A stretch of DNA of 64,000 nucleotides from an uncultured Gammaproteobacteria bacterium (GTDB taxonomy: Bacteria > Patescibacteriota > Patescibacteriia > Veblenbacterales > UBA10138): contig CAYGDX010000004.1 in NCBI GenBank assembly GCA_964348825.1, positions 517 through 64,516 of the forward strand, read 5' to 3'. This document shows positions 48,429 to 59,825 of this stretch, piece by piece. The translations under genes and the position numbers were made by a program. How positions within the stretch are numbered: position 1 is the stretch's first letter; every line of letters starts with the position of its first letter. The notes under the pieces are model-generated. The model had not been told where the DNA came from. It was given only the letters and a program-made list of their open reading frames with translations, and did no database searches.

Positions 48429-50213
48429 TTATTCCGCTACGGTGAAAACTTCGGCAACTGAAGTTGTACCATCTAGAGCTTTAAGTAATCCATCTTGAAC
48501 CATTGTAATCATACCATCAGTTACGGCTACTTTTTCAATATCTATTTCATCGGCTGTGCCGGTTAAAATCATTTTTTCAATCTCCACCGTAACTTCCATT
48601 ATTTCATAAATGCCAATTCTACCTTTGTAACCTAAATTGTGGCAAGCAGCACAACCCGTACCTTGGTAGAATTTTAAATTGTTTAAATCAATTTTATTCT
48701 CCTTCGCCGAATCCTTAGTGTTTGACAATAGAGATGATGGCGAGGAGAACCCTGAGCGAACCGAGTGAGTCGAGGGGTTGGCTTCGGCAGAATTCCGTGA
48801 AACTCCATAACCACTATTTTTTGGTAAAGCTGATAAAATATTTTTTACGCGATTTAAAGTATCAATTTCTAATTTAATTTCGGCTTTGCAATTGGTGCAA
48901 ATTTTTCTAACCAAACGTTGCCCAATTACACAGTTAAGTGCCGGTGCAAGAAGGAACGGTTTAACCGCCATCGCTAAAAAGCGGGGAATGGCGCCGGCCG
49001 CGGAATTAGTATGGATAGTTGAAATTACTAAGTGACCAGTGAGTGCCGCATTTACCGCAATGTCGGCTGTTTCAATATCACGAATTTCGCCCACCATTAC
49101 AATATCTGGGTCTTGACGTAAAATAGCGCGGAGCCCTTTGGCAAAATCATAACCAGTGGAATGATCAATTTGACTTTGGTTAATACCTTGAAGTTTGTAT
49201 TCAACTGGATCTTCTAAAGTAATAATTTTTGTTTCTTCGTCGTTCAATTTATTTAAAACCGCGTAAAGGGTGGTAGTTTTACCTGAACCGGTTGGGCCTG
49301 TCGCAATAATCATACCGTGTGGGCGTTCGGTTTGTTTTTTTAATACTTCGTAAGCCTTACCCCGCAAGCCCAAATCTTCAAATTTTAGTCCAGCGGCCGA
49401 AGAGCGAAGTAAACGCATTACCACTGATTCACCCCAAGCGGTTGGAATGGTAGAAACACGCACATCAACTTTATCGTTTTCTAAATTAATGGTAAAACGT
49501 CCATCTTGTGGCTCAGAATTGATATTTAATTTTAAGCGGGCAATTAATTTTAAACGGGAAATTAACTGCTTCCAGTGTTCGGGTGCAATAGTTGAAACAT
49601 CATGTAGTACACCGTCTAGTCGATAGCGAATAATAATATTTTTTTCAGTGGCTTCCACATGAATATCGGAAGCAGAAAGCTCTAGTGCGCCAGCTATTAA
49701 GATATTTATAATATCGGTGAGGTTAGCAGTTTTTAAAACTTCGGCTAGTTTTTTAAAATCAGTGGCTACATTATCATAGTGAGCCAGTTCCTCATGGGTA
49801 ATATTTACACCAGTAGAAATTGGTTTTACTTTAGGTAGCCCAGCATAACCTTTTATTACGTGCTCAAAACTAGCCGAGGAAACAAGATAAAGTGATATTT
49901 TACACATTTTATCGGCCTTTAATTTATCTAGAAATTCATTTAGTCCAACTGCATCAGGATTAATTACGCCGATTTGTAAAATATTTTTGTCTAAAACAAT
50001 TGGTACAAGTTTAAGATTTTGAGCCGTATCTTCCGGAACCATTTGGAGTACTTCTTGGGCCACGTGAAATTTACGTAAATCTAGGTACGACAAATTAAGT
50101 GTAGAGGCCTGAGCCGCTACTTCTTTTTCCACGGCATCGCTAGCCAAGCCAGACATTTTGGCAGATAGTTTTTGAGCTACGTCGGGAGTGTTGATGGAAG
50201 GTTGAGAAGACAT
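48429..50213 (-). CDS. pilB: Type IV pilus / type II secretion assembly ATPase (GspE/PilB family) with an in-frame repeat-element insertion (approx. 48725-48800) within the tetracysteine region
   Basis: GSPII_E N-terminal domain. Walker A ATGPTGSGKTTT. CTNC...GCAACHNLGYKGRIGIYE Zn motif. Cys-pair spacing is ~80 aa rather than the usual ~35; the extra segment is encoded by a copy of the intergenic GC-rich repeat. Confidence 0.85.
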   Translation of the reverse strand: MSSQPSINTPDVAQKLSAKMSGLASDAVEKEVAAQASTLNLSYLDLRKFHVAQEVLQMVPEDTAQNLKLVPIVLDKNILQIGVINPDAVGLNEFLDKLKADKMCKISLYLVSSASFEHVIKGYAGLPKVKPISTGVNITHEELAHYDNVATDFKKLAEVLKTANLTDIINILIAGALELSASDIHVEATEKNIIIRYRLDGVLHDVSTIAPEHWKQLISRLKLIARLKLNINSEPQDGRFTINLENDKVDVRVSTIPTAWGESVVMRLLRSSAAGLKFEDLGLRGKAYEVLKKQTERPHGMIIATGPTGSGKTTTLYAVLNKLNDEETKIITLEDPVEYKLQGINQSQIDHSTGYDFAKGLRAILRQDPDIVMVGEIRDIETADIAVNAALTGHLVISTIHTNSAAGAIPRFLAMAVKPFLLAPALNCVIGQRLVRKICTNCKAEIKLEIDTLNRVKNILSALPKNSGYGVSRNSAEANPSTHSVRSGFSSPSSLLSNTKDSAKENKIDLNNLKFYQGTGCAACHNLGYKGRIGIYEIMEVTVEIEKMILTGTADEIDIEKVAVTDGMITMVQDGLLKALDGTTSVAEVFTVAE

Positions 50214-50337
50214 GATTGGTTTAAAAATTCGAAATTCGAGTCTACTTCGTCGTAGTAGTCACGACTACGAAGACCGAAAGCACTAAATTCGAAAATTTCG
50301 TATTTCGATATTCGGATTTCGAATTTAAATTAAATTA

Positions 50338-51360
50338 TTATTTTCCATTCCGCTTAGTTTTAGTAGGCGGTGTAGGTTTCCTTTTGCCAATCGATTGAAT
50401 ATATTCCGGAATCTCACTTGTTAATCGTACCAACTTTGGTACTACTGAACCAGTTTGTAGTTTCAAGAATAATAAAGTCCAAGCGGTATATGTAAAAACC
50501 GCTAACCAAATATTTACCGCTAACACTAACAATATTATTGGTAGCGAGGTTATTAGTGTTGATAAATTAAAATCAACTAGTAGTGAAACAATTCGTAGTT
50601 GAATGCCGCTTGGAATAAAAGCAAAGATTATATTTACTAAAATATTAATTCCAAATAAAATGCCAGCCATTTCCAAACTTACTAACCAGTTGCGACCAAA
50701 TAAATTTAGAGCGCGGATTAAAGATCTAAACCAATTTTCGCCGTAAATTACAATGTAACCGCTAGCGTATTTAGCCACAAAGGAAACAATAAAGCTAAGT
50801 GGTATAAAAATTAGGAAAGCCACAATTATTAAACCAGTTATACCAGTGGCGCCAAAAGGCGAGGTAAAAGTTACCAGTATAAAAGGCAAAATTGCCATCA
50901 TTAAAATAATCAAAACAGCAAAACGGGTAATTAAGCGCAAGGCAAAAAGCGGCCAAGCGTGAGTTGCCCCTTCAACTAACGCCGTCCATAAATTAATTGA
51001 TTTACCTTGATTAATTTTAGCTACCACGTGAATCAAAGCGGCTTGGCAAATTAAAATCAGCCAAACTATAAGTAGGGCTAAAATAATTATTAAAACTAAC
51101 CCCCAAATTATAGCAGCCGAATTTCCGGCCAAATTATTTTTTATAATTTGCCAAATGGCTAGAAAATCTTGTCCGCCTACTGTACCTAAGGTAGCATTCA
51201 AAAAACCATTTTGAGTGTCAATTTGATTAGCGGTTTTAAGTAGGGCATTGTATTCATTACCGTAACCCGTAAAAGCTAAAATAAGCCCGAGTGGCCAAAG
51301 CCAAACGTAGCGCCATAAAATGTGCCAAGCTTGTTTTAAAATATCACGATAAATACGCAT
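50338..51360 (-). CDS. Hypothetical polytopic membrane protein
   Basis: Multiple hydrophobic helices. Confidence 0.35.
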   Translation of the reverse strand: MRIYRDILKQAWHILWRYVWLWPLGLILAFTGYGNEYNALLKTANQIDTQNGFLNATLGTVGGQDFLAIWQIIKNNLAGNSAAIIWGLVLIIILALLIVWLILICQAALIHVVAKINQGKSINLWTALVEGATHAWPLFALRLITRFAVLIILMMAILPFILVTFTSPFGATGITGLIIVAFLIFIPLSFIVSFVAKYASGYIVIYGENWFRSLIRALNLFGRNWLVSLEMAGILFGINILVNIIFAFIPSGIQLRIVSLLVDFNLSTLITSLPIILLVLAVNIWLAVFTYTAWTLLFLKLQTGSVVPKLVRLTSEIPEYIQSIGKRKPTPPTKTKRNGK

Positions 51361-51521
51361 AGTTTATTTTCCTCCATATTTATTGTACCGTTTATGACTT
51401 GTATTTGGCAACCCCTACGTCAGCTGTTTAATAAATATTTTTTGAATATAGAATAAAGAATCTAGAATATAGTGATAACACAAAATTCTAGATTCTAAAT
51501 TCTAACTTCTAAATTCGAGTT

Positions 51522-53336
51522 TTAACTCATCAAAGTATCAAATTCTTCTCGTTCTAGCACTTCTTTTTCCACTAAGGTTTTGGCAATTAATTCTAATTTA
51601 TCGCTTTTGTCGCGAATAAGTTTTTGTGCCACTTTGTAAGCCGAGTTTAAGAAATGAGAAACTTCTTCGTCAATCGTTTGGGCCACTTTTTCACTATAAT
51701 CGCGTTGTTCGCTGATTTCACGGCCTAAGAAAATTAATTCTTCTTTTAGTCCGAAAGTGCGAGGGCCTAATTTTTCCGACATACCAAACTCAGTTACGAG
51801 TTTGCGGGCGAGCTTAGTAGCGCGTCGTAAATCACTTTGTGCGCCAGTTGTTACTTCACCAAAAATTTCTTTTTCGGCGGCGTGACCAGCGAGCATTACG
51901 GCTAAATCATCTACAAATTCTGATTTAGGATGCATATATTTATCCTCCAGTGGAAGTTTAAGTGTGTAACCCGCGGCCTGCCCTCGCGAAATAATAGAAA
52001 CTTTGTGTACTGGATCAGCGTTGGGTAAAAAGTGGGCGACCAGCGCGTGACCACCTTCGTGATAAGCCGTAATCTTTTTTTCTTTGTCACTTAAGATGTG
52101 ACTTTTTCGCTCTGGCCCAAGCATTACTTTTTCAATTGCTTCTAAACATTCTGACATAGTGACTTGTTTTTTATTACGACGCGCAGTAAGAATAGCGGCT
52201 TCATTTAAAACATTCGCGAGATCCGCACCCGAAAAGCCAGGTGTGCGTTGGGCAATAGTGCGTAAGTTAACGTCTGAGCTCAGCGGTTTAGTTTTAGAAT
52301 GAGTAACTAAAATTGCTTCGCGGTCATTAATATCTGGCTCGTCTAAAACTACTCGGCGGTCAAAGCGACCAGGGCGAAGTAGTGCCGGATCCAAAACATC
52401 TGGTCGATTAGTAGCCGCCATTACAATGACATTCACATTAGTTTCAAAACCATCCATCTCCACTAAAATTTGGTTTAAGGTTTGTTCACGTTCGTCGTGT
52501 GAACCTCCCATACCAGTACCGCGTTGCCTGCCTACCGCATCTATTTCATCAATAAAAATAATACAAGGTGAACTTTTTTTAGCCCGGGCAAATAAATCAC
52601 GCACCCGTGAAGCTCCAACACCCACAAACATTTCCACAAATTCTGAACCGGAAATATGAAAAAAGGGAACACTCGCTTCACCGGCCACCGCGCGAGCGAG
52701 AAGTGTTTTACCAGTACCTGGTGGGCCAACTAGTAATACGCCTTTTGGAATTTTGGCGCCAAGGTCTAAGAATTTTTTAGCGTTTTTTAAAAAGTCCACC
52801 ACTTCGGTTAATTCTTGTTTGGCTTCTTTAGCACCGGCCACATCTTTAAAGGTAGTAGTGCTTTTTTTATTAGTTTTGTCATTTTCACGGGCGCGCGATT
52901 GACCAAAAGACATGGCCTTGGAATTGGCGCCCTGAATTTGCCGCGACATAAAAAATATAAATAGGCCGAGGAGTAGTATAGGAATAATAAAAGGCGCGAG
53001 TGTACCAAACCAATAACCGGCACCAGAAGCTTGTTCAACCTCTTGTTCAATAGTTAATAATTTTTTAGGATCAAGGTTATAATTACGAGCTAATTCTGAT
53101 AATGATTCACCCGGTTCTTTTGAGGCCTGTAAAATTTTACCGTCTTTAAGTTTGGCTTGTAGCTTATCAGGCATCACTGTAATTTTAACTACGTTTTCTT
53201 CGGCGATTGTTTGAATAATTTTATTTAAGCTAACTTTTTCTACTTTAGGACTTTCACCCATAAATAAAGAAGCTAGTGAAGCTAGCACCAAAAAGGCCAC
53301 AAAAAATACTAAGAAATTTTTGACTAAACTACGCAT
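51522..53336 (-). CDS. ftsH: ATP-dependent zinc metalloprotease FtsH
   Basis: AAA Walker [18 protein letters not shown] (HExxH). Confidence 0.9.
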   Translation of the reverse strand: MRSLVKNFLVFFVAFLVLASLASLFMGESPKVEKVSLNKIIQTIAEENVVKITVMPDKLQAKLKDGKILQASKEPGESLSELARNYNLDPKKLLTIEQEVEQASGAGYWFGTLAPFIIPILLLGLFIFFMSRQIQGANSKAMSFGQSRARENDKTNKKSTTTFKDVAGAKEAKQELTEVVDFLKNAKKFLDLGAKIPKGVLLVGPPGTGKTLLARAVAGEASVPFFHISGSEFVEMFVGVGASRVRDLFARAKKSSPCIIFIDEIDAVGRQRGTGMGGSHDEREQTLNQILVEMDGFETNVNVIVMAATNRPDVLDPALLRPGRFDRRVVLDEPDINDREAILVTHSKTKPLSSDVNLRTIAQRTPGFSGADLANVLNEAAILTARRNKKQVTMSECLEAIEKVMLGPERKSHILSDKEKKITAYHEGGHALVAHFLPNADPVHKVSIISRGQAAGYTLKLPLEDKYMHPKSEFVDDLAVMLAGHAAEKEIFGEVTTGAQSDLRRATKLARKLVTEFGMSEKLGPRTFGLKEELIFLGREISEQRDYSEKVAQTIDEEVSHFLNSAYKVAQKLIRDKSDKLELIAKTLVEKEVLEREEFDTLMS

Positions 53337-53479
53337 GGGATTTATTATAAAATATTAAAGTTTAACTGCTAGGATATTGTAGGGTAAAATGGGTTAGAAA
53401 TCAAGAGAGGATTATTTAAATCCTAAATTCGAATATCGAAATCCGAAATAATTACCAAATCCCAATTCTCAACAGTTTT

Positions 53480-53638
53480 GCCGCCCTGTCGTAGGGTTTG
53501 TACAGAGCGGAAGTCAAACGAGCGTCCGGTTCGGGCGTGCTGTGGTAGTTGTGCATAGCCCGAACCAGCTCGTTTGACGAGCACTGCTCAAACCCAGAGA
53601 CCGAGGCGGCGATTTTGTGTTACTTTATAAAAAGTAAC
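53480..53638 (-). repeat. GC-rich palindromic repeat element, copy 2 (inverted orientation)
   Basis: Reverse complement aligns end-to-end with copy 1 (18252-18413), including the flanking GTTACTTTATAAAAAGTAAC hairpin. Confidence 0.8.
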
Positions 53639-53714
53639 AAAACAAAATAACAAGTTGATTATGTTAAATAAAACTTAAACACCGCTTTTTATGCGGTGTT
53701 TAAGTTTAAGTAAT

Positions 53715-54959
53715 TTATTCTTTTACTTCTTCCATTTTTTCTTCAACTTTAGTTTCAACTGTTTCAACCGTTTCAGTTTTTTTCTCTTCAGCTTTATCTT
53801 TCTTCTTTTTCTTGCTTGCCCCGTGATCGTCATCAGACGATTTTACGGGGTCAGATTTTTTGCTTGGTTCTTTAAGTGAAAGGCCTAAGCGGTGTTCACC
53901 TGGATCCATAGAAATAATTCTAAATTCTCTTACTTCACCCACTTTAACAATTTCTGAAGCATCTTGCACTGATTTGTCGGCTAATTCAGAAACGTGGGCT
54001 AGTCCATGAATTTCATTATCTAATTCCACAAAAGCACCAAAGGGATTAACTTTGATAACTTTACCAGTTAATTTATCGCCGATCTTGTATTTCTCACCCA
54101 CTATTTTCCAAGGGTCATCTTGCAAACGGCGGAGTGATAAGGAAATTTTAGAGCCATCAATATTAATAATTTTGGCTTTTACATTATCGCCAGTTTTTAC
54201 CACGTCGCGTGGATTTTCAATTCTTTGCCAAGCGAGCTCAGAAATGTGGACTAATCCTTCTAACCCTTCTCCAAATTCTACAAAGCAACCAAAATCTACT
54301 ACACCAGAAATTTTACCGGTGACAGTATCTCCAACATGATACAAATCAAGCTTACCCTTTTGTTGTTCTTCCCAAGCGGCGCGTTCAGAAACAATTAATT
54401 TTTCATTTTCTTCATCAACTGTCATTACTTTGGCCTCCATAGTTTGGCCAGCAAAGCGTTTTAAAATTTCTAAGATGCGTGATTTGTCGCCACCCTCTAC
54501 TCTTGGATAATGTTCCACAGTGAGTTGTGATACTGGCAAGAAGCCCGGAATTTCACCAAGTTTTACCATTAATCCACCTTTGTTGGCATCGACCACCTTA
54601 ACGCTTATAATTTCGCCACTCTTTTTAAGAGCGTTTAATTTATCCCAGGCCTTTTGATGTCCGGCTTCACGGAAAGAAAGTTCTAGTTCACCATTTTCAT
54701 TTTCTAATTCTAAAACTGTGGCGGTAACCTTATTCCCAACTTTAAGTGAATTAAATTCACCTGATTCGTCAGACAATTCTCGGCCACGTACTACACCCGA
54801 AGTAAAACCTGGCACATCCAGGCGCACTTCGCGTTTGCCAATGGAAATAACCACGGCCTCTACTAAGCCACCAACTTGAGGCACTTTAGCACCTTCACTT
54901 GATTCAATTATTTCATCCATTGCATGCGGGGTGGTGGTTTGTAATTTAGCTTTTGACAT
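53715..54959 (-). CDS. rpsA: 30S ribosomal protein S1 (short, four S1 domains) with K/E-rich C-terminal tail
   Basis: Repeated S1-domain signatures (GxV.G.V..I..FGAFVEL). Confidence 0.75.
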   Translation of the reverse strand: MSKAKLQTTTPHAMDEIIESSEGAKVPQVGGLVEAVVISIGKREVRLDVPGFTSGVVRGRELSDESGEFNSLKVGNKVTATVLELENENGELELSFREAGHQKAWDKLNALKKSGEIISVKVVDANKGGLMVKLGEIPGFLPVSQLTVEHYPRVEGGDKSRILEILKRFAGQTMEAKVMTVDEENEKLIVSERAAWEEQQKGKLDLYHVGDTVTGKISGVVDFGCFVEFGEGLEGLVHISELAWQRIENPRDVVKTGDNVKAKIINIDGSKISLSLRRLQDDPWKIVGEKYKIGDKLTGKVIKVNPFGAFVELDNEIHGLAHVSELADKSVQDASEIVKVGEVREFRIISMDPGEHRLGLSLKEPSKKSDPVKSSDDDHGASKKKKKDKAEEKKTETVETVETKVEEKMEEVKE

Positions 54960-55224
54960 ATAAATATAAATTTTCGTTTTAAATACGAAAAAAAATCCTA
55001 ACCTAATCTGGTATATTTAACCACACTAGGCCTTGGGGAAGGTTACCAAATAAATGGTTTTCGCCAAGACAAATAAAATAGCTTTTAAGCCAAGTTAGCT
55101 TATTACCTATTGACAAATTTGTCAAGTGGATGTATAATAAATTATTACAAAATAAATAATAGTACATTAATAAACACCCTTGAAATATAGGGCAATCTAT
55201 AACAAATATTATTAAAGAAAGGAC

Positions 55225-55680
55225 ATGGTAGTCATGTCACAAACAGATCAAAAAGTTCAAAATTTTAGGGATAGATTAAATCGTATTGGATTTGATGGAG
55301 ATTCAAATAGAGATTGGTTTAGCCTTAAATTGTTTGAACTAAAATACAAAACTAGTCGGAGGCTAAATGTTGTAATTGAAAATTTCGATGAAAAGAAAAT
55401 TCAACTTTCGGTAGGCATTGAGGCCGACTCTTTTTTGGAAGGAATACTGAGTGGTGTTTTGTATAGCATCTTTGGTATTAAAACACCACCAAAAAGTTTT
55501 GTTGCTAACTCTAATGCAAAAGTTTTTATCTTCTCTAATAAAAAAGGAGAAAGCGTTGATAATTTTTTGCAAAGATTTGGTGATGGAATTGAAAAATGGA
55601 GTAAAATAATCACAGCTCCAAGTTTTGAGAAAAAAGTCGCCGAAGAAAAGAAAAAACTTGTTGAAGTTTTTTCAAAATAG
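55225..55680 (+). CDS. Hypothetical protein (151 aa)
   Basis: Intact ORF followed by a terminator-like hairpin at 55700-55735. Confidence 0.3.
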   Translation: MVVMSQTDQKVQNFRDRLNRIGFDGDSNRDWFSLKLFELKYKTSRRLNVVIENFDEKKIQLSVGIEADSFLEGILSGVLYSIFGIKTPPKSFVANSNAKVFIFSNKKGESVDNFLQRFGDGIEKWSKIITAPSFEKKVAEEKKKLVEVFSK

Positions 55681-55820
55681 AGCAGGTAAAGTATTGTTTA
55701 GTAGTCGTTCAATTTAGTTTGGACGACTTTTTTATTATTTTTTCTAAGTCCAATGGATAGTTTATAAGATTATTTTCCGCTTTACACCTGTCATTTTTTC
55801 TGTTATCTTTTAAGTATCTT

Positions 55821-56474
55821 ATGATAATAGAATGGTTCGGGCAATCTTGCCTTAAAATTCAAACTAAACCGACTTCAAATGGTGAAGTCGTAGTTGTTTT
55901 TGATCCTTACGATTCAGCTAAAATTGGTTTGAAGTTACCAAAACTTTCAGCTGATATTTTAGCCATTACGCACGACCACCACGATCATAATTACGCTCAA
56001 GGTGTCAGTGGCAACCCCTTTACAATTTCCAGTGCCGGTGAATATGAAGTAAAAGGCGTTTTTATTTATGGTATACCAAGTTTTCATGATGATAAGCAAG
56101 GTGCGGAGCGCGGGTCTAATACTATTTATTTAATGGAAAGTGAAGGTTTAACTGTGGCACACCTCGGGGATTTTGGTCAGGCCAGTTTAACGACTGAACA
56201 AATGTCGTATTTAGAAGGAGTAGATATTTTAATTTTGCCGGTGGGTGGAGTTTATACGATTGGCGCTAAGGTAGCGGCCGAACTCGTCGGCGAGATTGAG
56301 CCAAGAATTGTAATTCCGATTCATTATAAATTACCAGGGTTAAAAGTTGATTTAGAGGCGGTGGATAAATTTGTAAAGGAAGTGGGCTTGAAACCCCAAC
56401 TGGAGGAAAAATTAAAAGTGGCTAAGAAAGATTTACCAGTTGAGGAAACTAAGTTGGTGATTTTGAGTAATTAG
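55821..56474 (+). CDS. Metallo-beta-lactamase-fold metal-dependent hydrolase (UPF0173-like)
   Basis: ITHDHHDHN (HxHxDH) motif. Confidence 0.65.
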   Translation: MIIEWFGQSCLKIQTKPTSNGEVVVVFDPYDSAKIGLKLPKLSADILAITHDHHDHNYAQGVSGNPFTISSAGEYEVKGVFIYGIPSFHDDKQGAERGSNTIYLMESEGLTVAHLGDFGQASLTTEQMSYLEGVDILILPVGGVYTIGAKVAAELVGEIEPRIVIPIHYKLPGLKVDLEAVDKFVKEVGLKPQLEEKLKVAKKDLPVEETKLVILSN

Positions 56475-56485
56475 TTTATTTTTTT

Positions 56486-56650
56486 ACCACTTCTCTAGAG
56501 AAGTGGTGCAAGAGTCGCCGCCTCGGTCTTCGTATTTGAACAGTGCTCGTCGGACTCGTTGGCTCGGGCTATGCACAGCGGCCACAAACACGCCCTCGCC
56601 GGACACTCGTCCGACTTCCGCTCTGTACAAATACTACGACAGGGCGGCAA
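56486..56650 (+). repeat. GC-rich palindromic repeat element, copy 3 (small hairpin CCACTTCTCTAGAGAAGTGG plus GC-rich hairpin)
   Basis: Termini AGTCGCCGCCTCGGTC...CAGTGCTCGTC...GACTTCCGCTCTGTACAAA.ACTACGACAGGGCGGCAA are shared with copies 1 and 2. Confidence 0.8.
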
Positions 56651-56664
56651 TAAATAAATTGCTT

Positions 56665-56880
56665 ATGTCTTTAAGGGTTAAACAACATAGACGATTAACA
56701 AACGAGCATTTGTCCATTAAATTAACTGGTGCGCAGATTTTATTTTTTTTAGCTGTAATTTTAGTAGTTGTTTTGGGAATTTTTAGCATTGTTTATAGTT
56801 TTAAAAAAGCTGATACAGTAGAGAGTTTTAGCATTTACGGTTATATAAAGGAGAAGTTGAGTAGTGTGGAAGTTAAGTGA
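56665..56880 (+). CDS. Possible small single-TM membrane protein (start uncertain)
   Basis: The ORF-track N-terminus (from 56503) is a translated repeat element. The hydrophobic segment ILFFLAVILVVVLGIFSIVY lies after it. Confidence 0.25.
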   Translation: MSLRVKQHRRLTNEHLSIKLTGAQILFFLAVILVVVLGIFSIVYSFKKADTVESFSIYGYIKEKLSSVEVK

Positions 56881-56966
56881 ATATTTTCATTAGAACACTA
56901 GATCACTAGAACATAAAAACAAAAAATTGATAAAATGTTCTAATGATCTAGTGTTCAAGTGTTCTG

Positions 56967-59471
56967 ATGACTAATCTAAACATCATTATGAAGAAAAAAG
57001 AGGAATCAAATTTAATAACTCCCGAGACAATTCCTGTCGCTCACCGTGTGGAGGCGCGGCCAATTGTTACCGAAATGCAAGAATCGTACCTTGATTACGC
57101 GATGAGCGTAATCGTTTCACGTGCTCTGCCCGATGTGCGTGATGGTTTAAAGCCAGTGCACCGCCGTATTCTTTATGCGATGTGGGATATTGGTTTAAAA
57201 TCCACGGCTAAATTCCGAAAATCTGCCACTGTGGTCGGTGAAGTGTTAGGTAAATATCATCCGCATGGCGATGTGGCAGTTTATGATTCTATGGTGCGCT
57301 TGGCGCAAGATTTTGCCATGCGTGAGCAACTAGTGTGGGGCCAAGGTAACTTTGGTTCAGTGGATGGAGATAGTGCGGCCGCCATGCGTTATACCGAAGC
57401 TAAGTTAAAACCAATTGCTGAAGAATTATTATTTGATATTGAAAAGAATACGGTAGAATTCCGACCTAATTACGACGGCTCGCATCAAGAGCCAACTGTT
57501 ATGCCAGCGCGACTGCCAAATTTATTACTCAACGGTACAATGGGCATTGCAGTTGGTATGGCGACATCTATTCCACCGCATAATTTAGGCGAGTTGATTG
57601 ACGCTATAGTACATTTAATTGAGAATCCTGATTGCGATGTTGATGATTTAATGCAATTTGTTAAAGGTCCTGATTTTCCAACAGCTGGACAAATTTTTAA
57701 TAAAGAAGATATTAAACTTGCTTATGCTACCGGTAAGGGTTCTATTGTAATGCGGGCGAAGGCCGAGATTGTAGAAAATAAAAATGGTTTTGCAATTGTG
57801 GCCACTGAACTACCATACCAAGTGAATAAAGCCGAAATGATTCAACATATCGCGGAGCTGGTGAAAGATAAAAAAATTGAAGGCATTCGCGATTTGCGCG
57901 ATGAATCCGATAAAGATGGTATTCGCGTGGTAGTAGAGCTTAAAAAAGATGCGTATCCCAGAAAAATTTTAAATCAACTTTATAAATTAACTGCTCTCCA
58001 AACTAGTTTTCATGTGAATTGTTTGGCGCTAGTTGATGGTATTCAACCGCGCGTGCTCACACTTAAAGCGGTGCTAGAATATTATATTAAGCATCGTCAA
58101 GAAGTGGTGCGTCGCCGCACTGAATTTGAATTACAAAAAGCAAAAGACCGCGCCCATATTTTAGAAGGTTTGGTAATGGCGCTGGAGGATATTGATCGCA
58201 TAATCGCTATTATTAAAAAATCAAGCGACCGCGAAGATGCTAAAATTAATTTAATTCAGAAATTTAAACTTTCCGAACGTCAGGCCGTAGCGATTTTGGA
58301 AATGAAGCTCCAACAATTAGCCAACCTAGAACGCTTGAAGGTGGAAGAAGAGTTGAAAGAAAAAAAGAAATTAATTAAAGAGCTTGAAGAACTCTTAGGT
58401 AGTGCCAAGAGAATTTTAGGCGTTATTAAACAAGAAATTTTAGATATAAAAAATAAATTTGCCAGCCCGCGTAAAACTCAAGTATTTGCCGGCGCGGTGG
58501 ATAAATTTACACAAGAAGATTTAATTCCTAACGAAGCCACAGTAGTAATTATTACTCATGACGGTTATATTAAGCGCTTACCGCCCGATACCTTTAAACT
58601 ACAAGGCCGTGGTGGTAAGGGTGTAATAGGTTTATCCGCCAAAGAAGAAGATGCAGTCGAGAATTTATTTACCACCAACACCCACGCTGATTTATTATTC
58701 TTTACCACTCGTGGCAGGGTATTTCAACTCAAGGCCTATGAAGTGCCAGTGGCTTCACGTACTTCCAAGGGGCAAGCGGTGGTTAATTTCTTGCAACTCG
58801 CGCCCGAAGAAAAAGTTTCAGAAGTAATGTCGCTGGAATCTGGTGGTGATTATAAATTTTTAATAATGGTTACTCGGCACGGTGTAATTAAAAAAGTTGA
58901 TATTAATGCTTTCTCCAATGTTCGTCGCTCGGGTCTCATTGCGATTAATTTGAAAGATGGTGATTCACTACTCTGGGTAAAAATGTCAACCGGTACCGAT
59001 GATGTAATGCTAGTTACTGCTAAAGGTCAATCAATTCGTTTTAAAGAAGCAAAAGTGCGACCCATGGGGCGTACCGCTTCCGGTGTACGCGGGCTTAAAA
59101 TAAAAGGCGGCGATGAAATGGCTGGTGTAGATTTGATTGCCGAAGGTAGGCCTTCGGTGGATGAACAGTTGTTGGTGGTAATGGGCAATGGTTATGGTAA
59201 ACGCACTAAACTTCGTGAGTACAAAGTGCAGGGTCGGGGAGGTTCTGGAATTAAGACCGCCAACATTACACCAAAAACTGGTCAAATTGTTTCAGCGTTT
59301 GTAGTGAATGCTAAACGCGAGCAAGAGGATTTGGTAGTGATTTCTGAAAAAGGCCAAGTAATTCGTTTGGGGCTCAAGAGTGTCTCCGTGCTCGGCCGCG
59401 CTACCCAAGGTGTAAGGATTATGAGGTTTAAGGAAGAAAAAGATCAAGTAGCAAATGTGACGTTTGTTTAG
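56967..59471 (+). CDS. gyrA: DNA gyrase subunit A
   Basis: Active-site AAMRYTEAK (Tyr). GyrA box-like C-terminal beta-pinwheel repeats. Confidence 0.9.
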   Translation: MTNLNIIMKKKEESNLITPETIPVAHRVEARPIVTEMQESYLDYAMSVIVSRALPDVRDGLKPVHRRILYAMWDIGLKSTAKFRKSATVVGEVLGKYHPHGDVAVYDSMVRLAQDFAMREQLVWGQGNFGSVDGDSAAAMRYTEAKLKPIAEELLFDIEKNTVEFRPNYDGSHQEPTVMPARLPNLLLNGTMGIAVGMATSIPPHNLGELIDAIVHLIENPDCDVDDLMQFVKGPDFPTAGQIFNKEDIKLAYATGKGSIVMRAKAEIVENKNGFAIVATELPYQVNKAEMIQHIAELVKDKKIEGIRDLRDESDKDGIRVVVELKKDAYPRKILNQLYKLTALQTSFHVNCLALVDGIQPRVLTLKAVLEYYIKHRQEVVRRRTEFELQKAKDRAHILEGLVMALEDIDRIIAIIKKSSDREDAKINLIQKFKLSERQAVAILEMKLQQLANLERLKVEEELKEKKKLIKELEELLGSAKRILGVIKQEILDIKNKFASPRKTQVFAGAVDKFTQEDLIPNEATVVIITHDGYIKRLPPDTFKLQGRGGKGVIGLSAKEEDAVENLFTTNTHADLLFFTTRGRVFQLKAYEVPVASRTSKGQAVVNFLQLAPEEKVSEVMSLESGGDYKFLIMVTRHGVIKKVDINAFSNVRRSGLIAINLKDGDSLLWVKMSTGTDDVMLVTAKGQSIRFKEAKVRPMGRTASGVRGLKIKGGDEMAGVDLIAEGRPSVDEQLLVVMGNGYGKRTKLREYKVQGRGGSGIKTANITPKTGQIVSAFVVNAKREQEDLVVISEKGQVIRLGLKSVSVLGRATQGVRIMRFKEEKDQVANVTFV

Positions 59472-59572
59472 GTAGTTAAGGAGTTTGACAATGTATTAAA
59501 AATCGTTATAATAAGTTAGCTAAACCTTTTTAGGTTTAGGGTTTATAATTTAGGATTTAGGATTTTAATTTT

Positions 59573-59821
59573 ATGGGTTTACCTGGTCATCGTAGAACTA
59601 GTTCACATAAGCGTCGTCGCGCCGCACATTTTGCGCTGAAGCCATCGGCACTCACAGTGTGCTCGCACTGCAAACAACCAATCTTACCGCATTATGCTTG
59701 TAAGAATTGTGGTTATTATCGTGGTCGCGTGGCCATGAAAGTAAAATCGAAGTTAACTCGGAAAATGGCAAGCCGTGCGAGTAAGGTAGAGAAAGCAAGC
59801 AAGAAAGAAGAGAAAGAATAG
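59573..59821 (+). CDS. rpmF: 50S ribosomal protein L32 with extended K-rich C-terminus
   Basis: N-terminus HRRTSSHKRRRAAH. Zinc ribbon CSHC...CKNCGYYRGR. Confidence 0.7.
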   Translation: MGLPGHRRTSSHKRRRAAHFALKPSALTVCSHCKQPILPHYACKNCGYYRGRVAMKVKSKLTRKMASRASKVEKASKKEEKE

Positions 59822-59825
59822 TTTT

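Noticed and set aside
56486-56510. CCACTTCTCTAGAGAAGTGG hairpin as a terminator for the MBL-fold gene
   Set aside because: The T-run lies 5' of the stem rather than 3'. It corresponds positionally to the small AT hairpin that precedes every copy of the GC-rich palindromic element, so it is treated as part of that repeat.
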